Positions 38,393 through 50,404 are shown, counted from the stretch's first letter. The stretch is 63,821 nucleotides of DNA from Thecamonas trahens ATCC 50062 (GCF_000142905.1 NW_013657658.1:124001-187821), one strand, 5' to 3'. Numbers and translations: made by a program. Notes: generated by a model from the sequence alone, not told the origin.

Positions 38393-40398
38393 ATGGGTAC
38401 TGTCAAGAAGCGGAAGAAGAAGTCTGTGACCCGCAAGAGGGTCCGCACCTCGGTAAAGTCCTCGTCGGCGCCAGCAACGTCGGAAGCGAGTAGGAAGCGC
38501 CGCCGCCGGAAGCGGGCCACGGGCTACGACGGGTCGGATGTCGGCACAGAGGCCACTGCAGATGCCTCGAGCACGGGTGCTGCCACCGGAGCCTCGCGCT
38601 CGCGCCGCAAGAAGAAGAAGAAGCGCTCGGCGCGCTCGGGCCGGGACCGCAGCGAGGCAACGGACGGCGGTGAGGCGAGCACCAAGTCCCGCAAGAGGGT
38701 CAAGAAGCGGACTCGCAAGTCGTCCAAGGGAGGCGATGATGATGCTGATGGCGAGGAGACCGAGGTGAGCACCAAGTCTCGCAAGAGGGTCAAGAAGCGG
38801 ACTCGCAAGTCGTCCAAGGGAGGCGATGATGATGCTGATGGCGAGGAGACCGAGGTGAGCACCAAGTCTCGCAAGAGGGTCAAGAAGCGGACTCGCAAGT
38901 CGTCCAAGGGAGGCGATGATGATGCTGATGGCGAGGAGACCGAGGTGAGCACCAAGTCTCGCAAGAGGGTCAAAAAGGTCAAGAAGGTCAAAAAACGGAC
39001 TCGCAAGGCGTCCAAGGACAGCGTCGGGGACGATGATGATGGCGAGGAGACAGATGCCAGCTCAAAGCCGCGCAAAAAGGTCAAGAAGCGGACCCACAAG
39101 TCGTCGTCCAAGGTCGTGACCGGAAAGGGCAAGCGGCGCAAGGTCAAAAAATCGTCCAAGACTGAGGTGGAAGCAACTGAGGCCGAAGACGGGACGATGA
39201 CAAAGGTGAAGAAGCGGACCAAGAAGCGGAGCCGCAAACGTGTCGATAGAAGCAAGAAGACCAAGACCAAGAAGAAGAAGAAGGGCTCGAAGGACCGAGT
39301 GACGTTCAAGGACGACTACGGTTCCGAGACCGAGCCGTCTGCCTACGGCTACGGCGGCGCCGACTCGGATGCCTACGGCGATGACGAGTACGTGTACGGC
39401 GCCAAGTACGACGAGTCGAGCTCGCCGCGCAGTAGCACGTCGCACAAGATGAAGAAGACGAAGAAGCGGAGCAAGAAGCGGAGCAAGAAGCGGAGCAAGA
39501 AGCGGAGCAAGAAGAGGCAGGCCGACAGCGCTGCCTCGGGCGCAACAGGAATTCGCAAGAAGAAGAAGAAGAAAAAGACGAGCAAAAGACGAAGCGGCGC
39601 AAGCAGGAGAGCTCGCCACAGGTCTCCGAGCCAGACTCGGAGTACCATCTCTCGGACGAGCTGTCAGACTCTGCCCTGTTTGGCGACTTTGCGTCCATCC
39701 GTGGCAAGACCGGAATCTACGACGATGATACTGCCTTGTACAACGGCGACTCGTCGTCGTCGTCGTCGTCGTCGTCATCGTCGTCTTCGTCAACCCGGAC
39801 CTCGTCGTCAGTCTTTTCCGACCGGCGCGCACTTCGTCCACAGACCGCGCCTACGTCTCGGACCGTGGTCGTCACCGACCCGTACGGCGGCTACGATGTG
39901 TACGATGGCGTCGGCGGCTACGGCTACGATGGCTATGACCACGACTACGGCCGCCTCGTCCACGGCATGGACGACCTTGCCACCCAGCTCAACGAGATCG
40001 GGCACGCGCTCAAGAAGTCCAAGAAGTCCAAGCACAAGTCCAAGCACAAGTCCAAGCACAAGTCCAAGTCCAAGCACAAGCACAAGCACAAGGGAAAGTC
40101 CAAGAAGGGCAAGTCCAAAAAGGGCAAGGGCAAGGGTAAGGGCAAGGGCAAGGGCAAGGGCAAGGGCAAGGGCAAGGGCAAGGGCAAGGGCAAGGGCAAG
40201 GGCAAGGGCAAGGATAAGGGCAAGGGCAAGGGTAAGGGTGCTGTGTCGTCGTCGAACGCAAGCTCGACGGCATCTGACAGATCCGACGACAGCGATGATT
40301 CGTCGAGCAGTGCGCAGGGCAAGACCAAGGGCAAGAAGACCAAGGGCAAGAAGACCAAGGGCAAGAAGAAGACCAAGGGCAAGAAGACCAAGCGCTAG
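38393..40398 (+). CDS. Highly Lys-rich low-complexity protein (apparent frameshift near 39585)
   Basis: Basic repeats, three identical-length 90-bp coding repeats, and KSKH and KG runs. Codon usage switches frame at AAAA 39584-39587 into the frame ending at TAG 40398. Confidence 0.65.
38677..38970 (+). repeat. 90-bp coding tandem repeat (STKSRKRVKKRTRKSSKGGDDDADGEETEV) x3+
   Basis: Near-identical units at 90-bp spacing, followed by degenerate copies. Confidence 0.93.
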
Positions 40399-40487
40399 CC
40401 ATCACACTCTGTCGTCATTTCTCCTACCGTCGCCTGCGTAAAACTATGGTACCACCACCACTATCCTACGTTTACACTTCATCTTCT

Positions 40488-41150
40488 TCAACAGCACTTC
40501 TTCTTGGACGGCCCGGCACCATAAGGGTCGGGCTCGTCGGCGGCGATGAGGATGGGTCCGGAGCCTCGACCGGACGGCGGCGGGGCCCCGCCGCGGCGGC
40601 CGCGGCCCCGGGTACCGGAAGATGCACTCGCAGCGTCGACTGATTCGAGCATGCGCTTGGTGAGATCAAGAAAGACTTCCTTGACGTTGCGGTCGGCCTT
40701 GGCCGAGGTGTGGATGTGCGAAGCGCCGACCGACGCAGCGTAGCGATCGGCCTCGGCCTCGTCGACCTGGCGCGAGCGCTCGAGGTCAGACTTGTTAGCA
40801 GCAATGGTGAGGACAACGTCCTTGCCAAGCATGGTGCGGAGCTCCTTGACCCAGTTCTTGACCTTGAGGAACGACTCGGTGTCGGTGATGTCGTAGACAA
40901 GAAGCGCGCCGTTGGCGTCGCGGTAGTAGATTGGCCCGAGCGCGTGGAACCGCTCCTGCCCGGCGGTGTCCCAGATGGCGAGCTTGACCCGCTTGCCGCC
41001 GATGTTGAGCCGCTTCTCCTGGAACGACGCCTGCAACGTGGTCTTGTGATCGGGGACAAAGGCGTTGCGGGTGTACCTGTTGATGAGCGAGGTCTTGCCG
41101 ACGCAGCCCTCGCCGAGGAGCACAACCTTGAAGCTGCTTTCTGCAGCCAT
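40488..41150 (-). CDS. RAB21: Rab21 small GTPase
   Basis: FKVVLLGEGCVGKTS, TTLQASF, WDTAGQERFHALGPIYYR, NKSD and TSAK, with a C-terminal CC. Confidence 0.95.
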   Translation of the reverse strand: MAAESSFKVVLLGEGCVGKTSLINRYTRNAFVPDHKTTLQASFQEKRLNIGGKRVKLAIWDTAGQERFHALGPIYYRDANGALLVYDITDTESFLKVKNWVKELRTMLGKDVVLTIAANKSDLERSRQVDEAEADRYAASVGASHIHTSAKADRNVKEVFLDLTKRMLESVDAASASSGTRGRGRRGGAPPPSGRGSGPILIAADEPDPYGAGPSKKKCC

Positions 41151-41671
41151 GGTCTCTGTCACACGCAAGCCGGTTCGGATACGGGTGTGGGTGGATGGGA
41201 ATGTGGGGGGTGGGAGGGCTTGAGAAGGGGGCTCTTCTGCTGCCGTCTGCTGATGTCTGTCGGCTTGGTCTGCTGCCTCGGCCTGGTTTTTTGCCTTGCG
41301 ACCGCTCCACGGGGGAGTCTACACGCCTTGTTGCACGCCACACGCCAACGACACGCCCGACCTGTGTGCCTGCCTTGTCTGCCTTGTCTGCTACAACCGT
41401 TGCGCCGAACAGTACGGCACTCAAGTCTTGCCCCTTCCCGCCGCCGCCCCCTCCTTGCCGCCGTCCCCAGACCCACCGCCCGCCCCTGCCCGCCACCCCC
41501 TTCCGGCCGCTGCCCGTCCAATTCCGAACGTCACACGACGGCCACCGACCGGCCACCGGCAGCCCCTCCACCCCCTGCCCAGCTCGACCTGGCTTCTACG
41601 CCCACCTCTGGGAAACCTGTGGCATGATCATGTGCTACCCACAGCTCCAGCTCCTCAATCCCCCCCCCCCC

Positions 41672-41771
41672 NNNNNNNNNNNNNNNNNNNNNNNNNNNNN
41701 NNNNNNNNNNNNNNNNNNNNNNNNNNNNNNNNNNNNNNNNNNNNNNNNNNNNNNNNNNNNNNNNNNNNNNN
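41672..41771. other. Assembly gap (N run)
   Basis: 100 Ns preceded by poly-C. Confidence 1.
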
Positions 41772-42111
41772 ATTGGAAGCCAGGGTCCTTGTCTCCTTCG
41801 TTCGACCAACAATCATTGGTCGAGCGATAAAGTCATTGTTGCACCACAGCAGCTGCATCACCGTCACTGTGGTAGGAAAGGCGATAGAGAGCTTTATTAG
41901 AAGCGCATGAAAGTTTGCACAGCCAGGTGATCCATCGGCCACTGCGCCTGTACTTGTAGCCGGCCACCTCAGCTCGTATCCACCGACAACACCTTTGCCA
42001 CCGCCGTGTGGCAACGTAGCGTTCGCAATCGGAATCAGCCACCACAGTCCTCCTGCGGCAAACAGGCACTTCACTTTCTCTGTCCCCTCCCCCTCCCACC
42101 CCTGCCCTCAC

Positions 42112-42142
<31 letters not shown>

Positions 42143-42153
42143 AAGTCAAGGGG

Positions 42154-43750
42154 ATGGAAAACGTGGACAAGTGCATCCGCGCTTCACAAGACACGCTCTC
42201 CCGCCTCAAGACACGCCAGCCAAAGGTGTGGGATGAGGTACGCCCCCCCCCCCCCCCCACACACACCCGCACAGATCCTCAAGGCAATGGGCAAGTTCCA
42301 GGACGCAGTGGAAGGCCTGGCGGACGCAGCGAGCGACCTCGGCTCGGCGTTTTCCAAGGCGGCCAAGCTGAGCAACTCGGTGGAGAAGGTCGGCGGTGAC
42401 AAAGTCGGCGAACTGGCCGGAGAGCTAGCGTCGGGCCTCAAGCGGTATGGGTCGGCCCAGAAGGGCGTAGCGGCGCGGATATCATCGGGCTTTGTGCAGC
42501 CGATGCGGTCGCGGGCGTCCAAGTACAAGGGCAACACCAGCGAACTCGAGAGCAAGCACTCGAAGCAGACCAAGTCGCTCGGGTCGACGCTCACCAAGGC
42601 CGAGAAGGAGCTGGAAAAGTGGCGGAAGAAGCGGGCAAAGGGCAAGGGCGACCAAGAGACGCTCGAGCGTGCAGAATCTGAGCACGCCGAGTCCAAGGCC
42701 AACATGATTGCTTTCCAGACCAAGTTCCTCAACAATGTCGTCATCGAGGAGCACCGCAGGTTCTGCTACATGCTCAACCTTTACGCCTCGGTGGCAGAGG
42801 TCCAGGTTGCTGCCGCTGATGGCTTTGCTTCGACGCTCCGCGCCATCGGCCCGCGCATGGCTCACCTTGACCCGACAACCACGTCGGTCCGCGTGCCCGA
42901 GGCGCCGCCGGCGCCCGGCCAGCCGTCGCAGATCCAGGTGACGATGAAGCCGAGTCCACCGGCCACCGCAGACGCGCCGGCGACGCCGGCTGACTCGGCC
43001 ATGTCGTCGTACTCGAACGGCTCGCCCGCCGGCGAGCCAGCGCCAGGCCTGACTCGTGCGTCATCGACGAGCCACCTCGGCATGCCACCAGCCACGGGCT
43101 CTATCGGTGGCGGTGCAGGCTCGAATTTCTCCTCGCTCTCCTCGTTTTCCTCGGCCAACTCGGGCACCGCCTTTGACTTTACTGGTGGCTCCGCGGGCGC
43201 ATCGAGCGGGGCAAACCCCTCAGCCACCACCGCCGGCATTCCTCCCGAGCTCGCCACCTTTTCCAATCTTGCCGCCCCGCCGCCGCTCCAGTCGTACATG
43301 ATGCCAAAGGACTCGGTCCTCGGCCCCGACGGCATGCCCGCTGTCGGCGCCCCGCCGCCGCTCTCCTCGTACTCTAACATCACCGGCATGCCTGGTGGGA
43401 GTGGGTACGGCATGCCTGGCGGAGGGCCACCGACTCCTAGCGCGACGGCCGGCCTCCCGCCGCCGATGCCCTCAGTCATGGGTGGGGTCGGGCCTGGAGG
43501 TGCTGCTGGTCTCCCGCCGCCAATGGCCTCGGTCATGGCCGGCCCGGGCGGGGTCGGGCGTGGAGGCGCCGCCGGACTCCCGCCGCCGATGGCCTCAGTC
43601 ATGGGCGCCCGAACCGATGCCACCGCTGGCCCGCCACCGCCGCTCGCCTCATACATGCAGACTCAGTCCGACGGCGGCATGACTGGCGGACCGCCGCCGC
43701 TCAACTCGTACATGCAGACAACGGCCCCGCAGCCGCCGCCACGGCATTGA
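42154..43750 (+). CDS. IRSp53/MIM homology (I-BAR) domain protein with a Pro-rich tail (exons 42154-42237, 42275-43750)
   Basis: Helical N-terminal domain with PKVWDE|ILKAMGKF, a basic tip KWRKKRAK and VIEEHRRFC (IMD signature). Short GTACGC..CAG intron. Confidence 0.78.
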
Positions 43751-43815
43751 GCGTCGCGATTCATTTACCTCGCTCTTCCCAGGCACACTGCGTCGCTGCG
43801 CCGGGCCACGCCACG

Positions 43816-46650
43816 CTACGGCGGCGTTGTGTTAAAGCCAGCCAGGCCGTAGTCGGACAGCAGGGAGTCGGGTTAAAGTCATCGCCGTGTGGAGTGCGAG
43901 TCGGCGAGATGTCGTAGCCGGCGCCGGCGCCGGCGTCGATGCCTCCACCTACACCACCGCGCGAGTACGCGCCCGAGTTGGAAGAGGCGCGAGCGGCAGC
44001 GCCGGGACCGTACAGCTGTGAGCGATGCGCGCGCTCGGCGGCGTAAAACTCTTCCAACCGCGCTTGCTGTGCGGCCGAAGTGTGAAGCTCGCCTGCACGC
44101 GGCGAGATGTACGCGCCTGACGAGGCCGGCGGATGCGAGGCGAGGCCATCCTGCGGCAAGCTGAGTGACCCCAGTGGCAGCTCCGGAACTGTGGGCATCG
44201 ACGACGAGAACAGGTCGTCAAGGCCGAGGTCCATCTTGGAAAAGTCGATGTGGGTGTTGAAGACTGGCTCGCCGGCCGGTTCGGCGGCTGGCTGCCGCGG
44301 CTCGCGTGGTGACGACATCATCGGCTGCCCGAGGTCGTCAGTGGTGAGTGAAGAGCCGATAGCGCCGCGCGGCGAGAGCATCATGGCCACGGCCTCGCCG
44401 CCAACAGCGCCACCACGCGGCAGCGAGCCACTGGCGCCGCGCCCATGCGGCGAGTCGTGCCGCGAGACAGGCGCCGATGTGACCGGCATGCGGCCTTCAA
44501 AGCCTGCGAGGTCGAGCGCCCGCGACGGCGGCTTGGCCCGAAACTGGGCCGATGTCAGCAGCGTCGACATCGACGCCGGGTCGCCCGGCGGCGGCGAGCG
44601 CGACGACGCCGATGACGACCGGCGCGCCCGGTGCGCCGAGAGCGACGACGACCGCCCGTGGGACCAGTGGTGCGAGGTCGGATCGCCGATGCTGCGCTCG
44701 CGTTCGAGCGAGCGCGAGCGCGACCGTGAGCGCGAGCGCGAACGGGTCGGCGACCGCGAGAGCAGCCGGTTGTACCCGGTCGCGAGCGGCGTCGCGACCA
44801 TGTTCGGGTAGTGGCCGCCGCCGAAAATGGCAGAGTGCGGCGAGTGCGCCGAGAGGCCTCCCGAGGCCAGCGGCGTCGACATGGGCGAGCCGAGCGCGTC
44901 GTCGACCGTCAGACTGCCCATCAGCAGCGACTCGGTATCAAAGGTGCCCCCGGCCTGGTGCCCACGCCGCTCCGAAAGGACCGATGACGACGTCGACCGC
45001 CTCCGCTCCGAGAGGCTCGCGGCACGCTCGGTGACCGACATGGTGAACGGCATGGTCGGCAGCCGGTCGTGTGGCAAGACCGGGCCGGGGTGCGACCCGC
45101 TGTGCGCCAGCATGGGGTTGGTCATTGCACTCATCGTGTGATGGCCCAGTTGCGCCTGCGCCAGCGCCATGGCGGTGGCCTGCGCCTGCGCGGCCTGCGT
45201 CTGTGCCCGAGCCTGAGCAATTGCCTGCGCCTGCGCCTGCGCCTGGACAATGTTGGTTCCCGCGGTTTGCGCAAACGGCTGCGGCATGCGTCCGTCGCTG
45301 GAATGACCCCGGACGTGGACGGCGGCCGACGGCGGCATGGTCTGTGCCTGCGCCTGCATCGCCGTCTGCTGGGTCGGCGTCGTGTTGGCCGATCGTGTCG
45401 GCTCCCGCCTGCCTACAGACTGGAGGCCAGTAGCCGACGCCGAGCGCCCGTTGCCGGGCGCTCCGTTGGACGAGCCGTTTGCCGGCGGCCGTCCCACCTT
45501 GGTTGGCGTGTTCTTCTTCTTGCGCCGCGGCGTCTTGGCCTTGCCTGCCCCGGCCGGCTTGGACTTGCGCGGCTTGAGCGGCTCGGGCAGGACGATCGGG
45601 TCGTCGGCAAGCTCGCGGGCCGCGAGCTCAAATGAGGTTCCGCCGAACCTTGCCCTCAGCCGGTTCCGCTCGTTGATGCCAACCTCAGTGATGGCATACG
45701 ACGACTTTGTCTTCTGCAGCATCTTGGCCTCCTCCAGCTTGCTGAACGCCAGCGTGAGCTCGGATGTCGGCGGGTTGTACTGGTCGCGCTTCTCCAGTCC
45801 AAACTTGACCAGCTTGCCCGGCCTGGTGTCGCACAATGTGCCGTCGTCTTGCGTGAGTTGTGGAACACGTGGTGGTGGCGGTGGGGGGGGGGGAGAGGGG
45901 AGGGGAGGGGGATGGGGGAAGAGGGGAAGGGGGAGGCGCTAAAGACACTGGTGGTAGCTGATGTGGTCACTACGTGGGTGTGCCCTGGGTGGCGTTGTGG
46001 TACTCTATGCTTGTCGGCGAGTGCGAGTGGTTGTCGGTCTGTTGCAACGACGACGTGTGGAAGGAGTGGGAGGGGAGGGGAAGGGAAAGGGGGAGGGGGG
46101 GGGGGAGGAGGGAGGGAAGCGCGGAGGCGGCGAGAGGAGGAGGGGAAGCGGGGGGAGAGACAGAGGAGGGCCTGCTGTACATGGAACACGCCTTGGGTGG
46201 CTGTGGGAGGGAGGGCATGGCTGTGGGGAGCGTGTAGACGGCAGCAGGTTTTTTCTCCTTGCCCCCCTGTTGCCGACCCGAGGCAGGGCTCCACCACTTG
46301 GTGGAGAGGGAGGTGGCAGCGGACAGAGGGGAAGCCGGGAGGGGGTCCTCANNNNNNNNNNNNNNNNNNNNNNNNNNNNNNNNNNNNNNNNNNNNNNNNN
46401 NNNNNNNNNNNNNNNNNNNNNNNNNNNNNNNNNNNNNNNNNNNNNNNNNNNNNNNNNNNNNNNNNNNNNNNNNNNNNNNNNNNNNNNNNNNNNNNNNNNN
46501 NNNNNNNTCCGGGGGGGGGGGGGGGGGGGCGTACCCAATGTTTAGCAGCCGCTTCTTTGCTGTTGGCTTGGATATGGATGTGTAGTCATCGTAGTTGCTG
46601 ATGTCCAGGACAAACAGCTCGAGGCGGTCCCGGAGCGTCTCCGGGTCCAT
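43816..46650 (-). CDS. Multi-exon hypothetical protein (interrupted by a gap; mostly low complexity)
   Basis: Exon 1 MDPETLRDRLELF...LLNI ends at a GTACGC donor (46534). Large exon about 45849-43816. Internal exons are unresolved. The last ~19 codons fit better in a shifted frame ending at TAG 43816. Confidence 0.5.
46352..46507. other. Assembly gap (N run)
   Basis: 156 Ns flanked by G-rich runs. Confidence 1.
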
Positions 46651-46794
46651 GGCTGGCTCTCGGCTGCCTGCGACAAGAGTAGCTTTCAACGCGAATCGGG
46701 TTGGAGTTGGGGACTTCCGGCGAATGTGGCGCCGTGGCAGAGGAGAGGAGGGAAAGAGGAGAAAGCGGGGGGCGGGGGGGGCGGGGGAGTGTTT

Positions 46795-46879
46795 GTATGT
46801 ATGTATGTAAGTGTGTGTGTATGTATGTATGTATGTATGTATGTATGTATGTATGTATGTATGTATGTATGTATGTATG

Positions 46880-46910
<31 letters not shown>

Positions 46911-46966
46911 GTGTGTGTGTGTGTCTGTGTGTGTATGTGTGTATGCTAGTGTGTGTGTGTGTGTGC
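46795..46966. repeat. Compound (GTAT)n/(GT)n microsatellite
   Basis: Long GTAT run flanked by GT runs. Confidence 0.95.
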
Positions 46967-47124
46967 GTGCGCGCGCGTTTGTGGGTTCCTTCGAAGGCCC
47001 ACATCACCACTCCGACATACGCACAACTCTTCTCCCACAACATCGTCTCCTCACCCCCCCCCTTTTGGGCGCAGCCAATACGACACTGATCGGCCAAGCG
47101 ATGCGCGACGCATTTGGTTGAGCT

Positions 47125-48428
47125 TCATTGCGCAGCGCCGATGCCAGGCCAGGCCTGGACATGCGACGGCGAGCGGATGCACCACAGCCGGTAAAGGCGG
47201 ATGGCTTCGCGGACAATGAGACGGTCCTTCTCCTTCTCATCTTCAGGAAGCTCGTCGTAGGGCACAAGGAGGGAGGGGTCTGCAGTTTCGCGGTTACGCT
47301 CGATCCATGCCACATGCTGGGCATCGGCAGCCTTGTTGATAAAGTCGTCATTGAGATTGTCCTTGATGGCCCGCGCCGATTTTGATGAGCCCATGACAGC
47401 CTTGACCGACTCGCACGCCACCCGCGCCGCCTCCCTGTTCTCGTGCTTGTACCGTTCCGGCAGTTCGTCGTAGTCCAAGTTGGCAATGTCATACTCTACA
47501 TCGTCCACAAGCTTCGGTCTGGGCAGGAAAGAGCCATCGGGCTGTGTGACAGTGGCATGTGAGTTCCTCTCCTCTCGTTACAGAGCGCCAAAATGCAATG
47601 GACTTGATGTGCTGCACGCGTGCGGACGCGTGGGTGCGGACGCGTGGGTGCGGAGGGGGGGGGGGAGGGGGTCAATGTGACAATGTGATAAGGGTTGAAA
47701 AAAACGTCCGCTTCAGCTCAGAGCCGGCGCGGATACCAGGGCTCCCTGAGCAGCACACCGGGCAGAGAGAGGGTGTGACTATGTCGACATGGTAGCACGC
47801 TCTGCACACGGAACAAGGAGGTGACTGGGGCACAGGAGCGTGCCGTATGCATGGAGGAGTGGACCACGTCGCCGGGACCGGTGATGCCGGGACGGCCAAA
47901 ACACCGCTCGGCCCGCCCGTAGCGGCAGGTGTAGGGCATTGCCTAGCCAGCAGAGGTGCGGAGAGGGTCGGGGAGGAGGGATGGGTGCAAGGGTAAGGGG
48001 GTCAGGGGTGCAGGGGGAGTGTGCGGACGTACCTGCATGCGGTTGAGGCGCCACTTGTGGTGGAGGCGGGCGGCGACCATACGGACATACTCTTCATGGC
48101 TCGTTCCGTGCTTGAACGCACCCTTGTCCAAGAGCTGCGCAAGCGAGTCCTGGGCGGCAAGGCTAGGGCGTGCCTCTGTGGCTGAGCTCGAGTCTGTCTT
48201 GCGTCCACGGCGGCGGGCGGGTGCCTCGGACGACGAGGTATCCGTCAGCTCGCCCGAGAACGAGGAGCCCGTCTGCTGTCCGCCGCTTGACGTCGACGAC
48301 GAGCTTCGCGACGAGGTAGCGCGGCCACCGCGAAGGTTGCAGTCTGTGCAGAGGCCGTTGTGCTGGACCAAGTAGTATGGTGCATTGCACCCCGGGGTAC
48401 AACACTCGTCCGAGGACCCGCTGCTCAT
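47125..48428 (-). CDS. A20-like zinc finger plus tandem RyR-repeat protein, ~270 aa (exons 48428-48033, 47541-47125)
   Basis: N-terminal CCTPGCNAPYYLVQHNGLCTDC. A phase-0 GTACGT..CAG intron joins LHHKWRLNRMQ|PDGSFLPR...YDELPERYKHENR. The second repeat is HVAWIERN...LLVPYDELPEDEKEKDR. Confidence 0.72.
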
Positions 48429-48788
48429 ACCCCTGCGTTGAGTGTGCTCCCGTCCCACCCCGTTGCTCACCTCGACCGTCTCTCGTCGCAAAGTCGTCGA
48501 ACAATGGCAAGCCAACCCAAAGCAATCACTGAATTGAAATGGCCACCCGCACCGCCGTTGCTGCTACCTGCCAATTCCCTCTACTAACAACTTGTCGAAG
48601 GCTGATCATCGTCGCGCATTCCTGCCTCTCCATCCGCTTGCCTACCTGTGCCCCATCCTTGCTGCACTTTCTGCGCACCTCTGGTTCCTCCTCATCCGTT
48701 CATGTGCATGAAGAAGGTCAATTATTGGTCGCCTTACCGCGGAAGGCGGCGGAAGACTCCACCACCAATACCATAGAAGCACATGACT

Positions 48789-50149
48789 TTACAGCGGCGA
48801 GGTCACAAACGGGTCGTCGATGCCGGCCGATGCGGCGGCGAGCATGTCGGCCACAACATCGAGCCGATCCTGGCCCCACGTGAGCGTCGACGGCACGTGA
48901 TCAATGGTGAACGATGGAACGCCGCACACGCCCGCGGCGACGGCGGCGTCGGTGTTGGCCCGCAGCGCGCCCTTGGCCTCAACGCTTGCCGCTTCCGCCA
49001 CAAGCTGCGCTCCCGCAAAGCCCGCGCTGTCGAGGACGCGCGCCAGCTCGCTTGTCATCGTCACGTCGACGCCGTCGGCCCAAACTGCCCGCGAGACGTC
49101 AGGGAACGCCGAAGGCTCCAGCGCCAGCGCCCGCAGCGCGAGGAGAGGCGAGAACGGAAAGCCAGGTGGCAGCGCCAGTTCGACACCCCACCACTCTGCC
49201 CAGGTCTCTGCCGCGCGCAGCGCGTACGCCTGCTTGGCCGGTGGCCGCGCCGCCATCGACGTTCCGATCGCCTTGAGCAGGCCAGAGAGGAAGATCGGGA
49301 TAAAGGTGACCTGCGCACCGGTCTCGGCCGCTATCGCGCCCACCGCCTGCGCTGCTAGGTATGCAAACGGTGAGAGCACGTCAACATAGACCTGCAGCGT
49401 GGGGATGCGGACCCGTGCCGACTGCGGCGGCGCAGGCACACACCGCGTCAGCCGCGCCTCGGTGTTGCCGAGCGCCCGCTCGACATGCGGCAGCATGTCG
49501 CCGCCCCACAGGAACGAGCCGCCGGGCAGGCCAAAGCACGGCACACCAAACGCGCCGAGCGCCGCAAGACTCTCAGTCGTCGCTGTAAGCTCGGCCTTGA
49601 CCTGCGGGTCCGCAATCGCAGCCGAAACGTCCAGGCCCGGTGCCACACCAGCCAACAGCCCAGCGAGCTCGTCGACGTCGGCCAGGTTGGCGCCCTTCAC
49701 CCAGTACGCCGCATACAACGCGTGGACCGCCTCACCACGCTCCGGTCCGTCTGGCAGCGCAGTGAGCGCCCGCAGCGCACTCAGCGTCCGGATCGGATGC
49801 CGCTTGTTCCACACCAGCGGCACAGCATACCGCTTGGCAGACCGCACAAGATCGGCTCGCACCACCCGGACCTTGGCCGCCGACATCGCGTCCGATGCCG
49901 AGCCGTCCTTGCCCTGCGGCGCCGCGCTCAGCTTGTACAGCCCACCAAGGACCACCGGTTGGTCTGTCGCCCACCGCGCGCGCCATAAGTGCGTTGCTAC
50001 GCTCCCTCCCACGAGCCGTCTCCCACGCTCGCCCCTTCCGTACAGCTCACCGTAGTCCCACACCGCGCCGCTGCAGCCTCGACCCGATGCGACACCATGT
50101 ACGCATACGGACATGCGAGGTCAAAGTAGAACACCAGCTTTGCCGCCAT
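48789..50149 (-). CDS. Tandem DSBA-like / HCCA isomerase / GST-kappa thioredoxin-fold protein (exons 50149-50044, 49963-48789)
   Basis: Two domains: FYFDLACPYAY...GAFGVPCF...WGGD and VYVDVLSPFAY...GVCGVPSF...WGQDRL. A GTACGG..CAG intron restores TVSYQPVVLGG. Confidence 0.87.
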
Positions 50150-50404
50150 GGTATCCCAGCCGTGGCCTTCTTGCCCGACAAGGAGCGAAGAGTGACGGCT
50201 TGGCAGCGAGTCCGCAACAGGCATCCAGCTGGCGGCTGGCTCACCACCCAGCCAGTTCAAAAAATATTCTGCTCGCGCACCCCCCCCCCCCCCCCCCCCC
50301 CCCACCGCTCTTCCTTTTTTACGTCACACCGTCACTTCCGCGCTTTGTCGAATACACTGCCCCAGTCCCGCCACTACCCCTCCCACACTCGCGTCCACAC
50401 CCGC

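Noticed and set aside
47612-47655. Repeated CGGACGCGTGGG resembling a SalI cDNA adapter or MluI cell-cycle boxes
   Set aside because: Not an exact adapter concatemer and lies within an intron. Best explained as a short local tandem duplication.
47686-47704. CAACCCTTA (minus strand) as a telomerase RNA template
   Set aside because: Does not give 1.5 telomeric repeats and lies downstream of the T-run.
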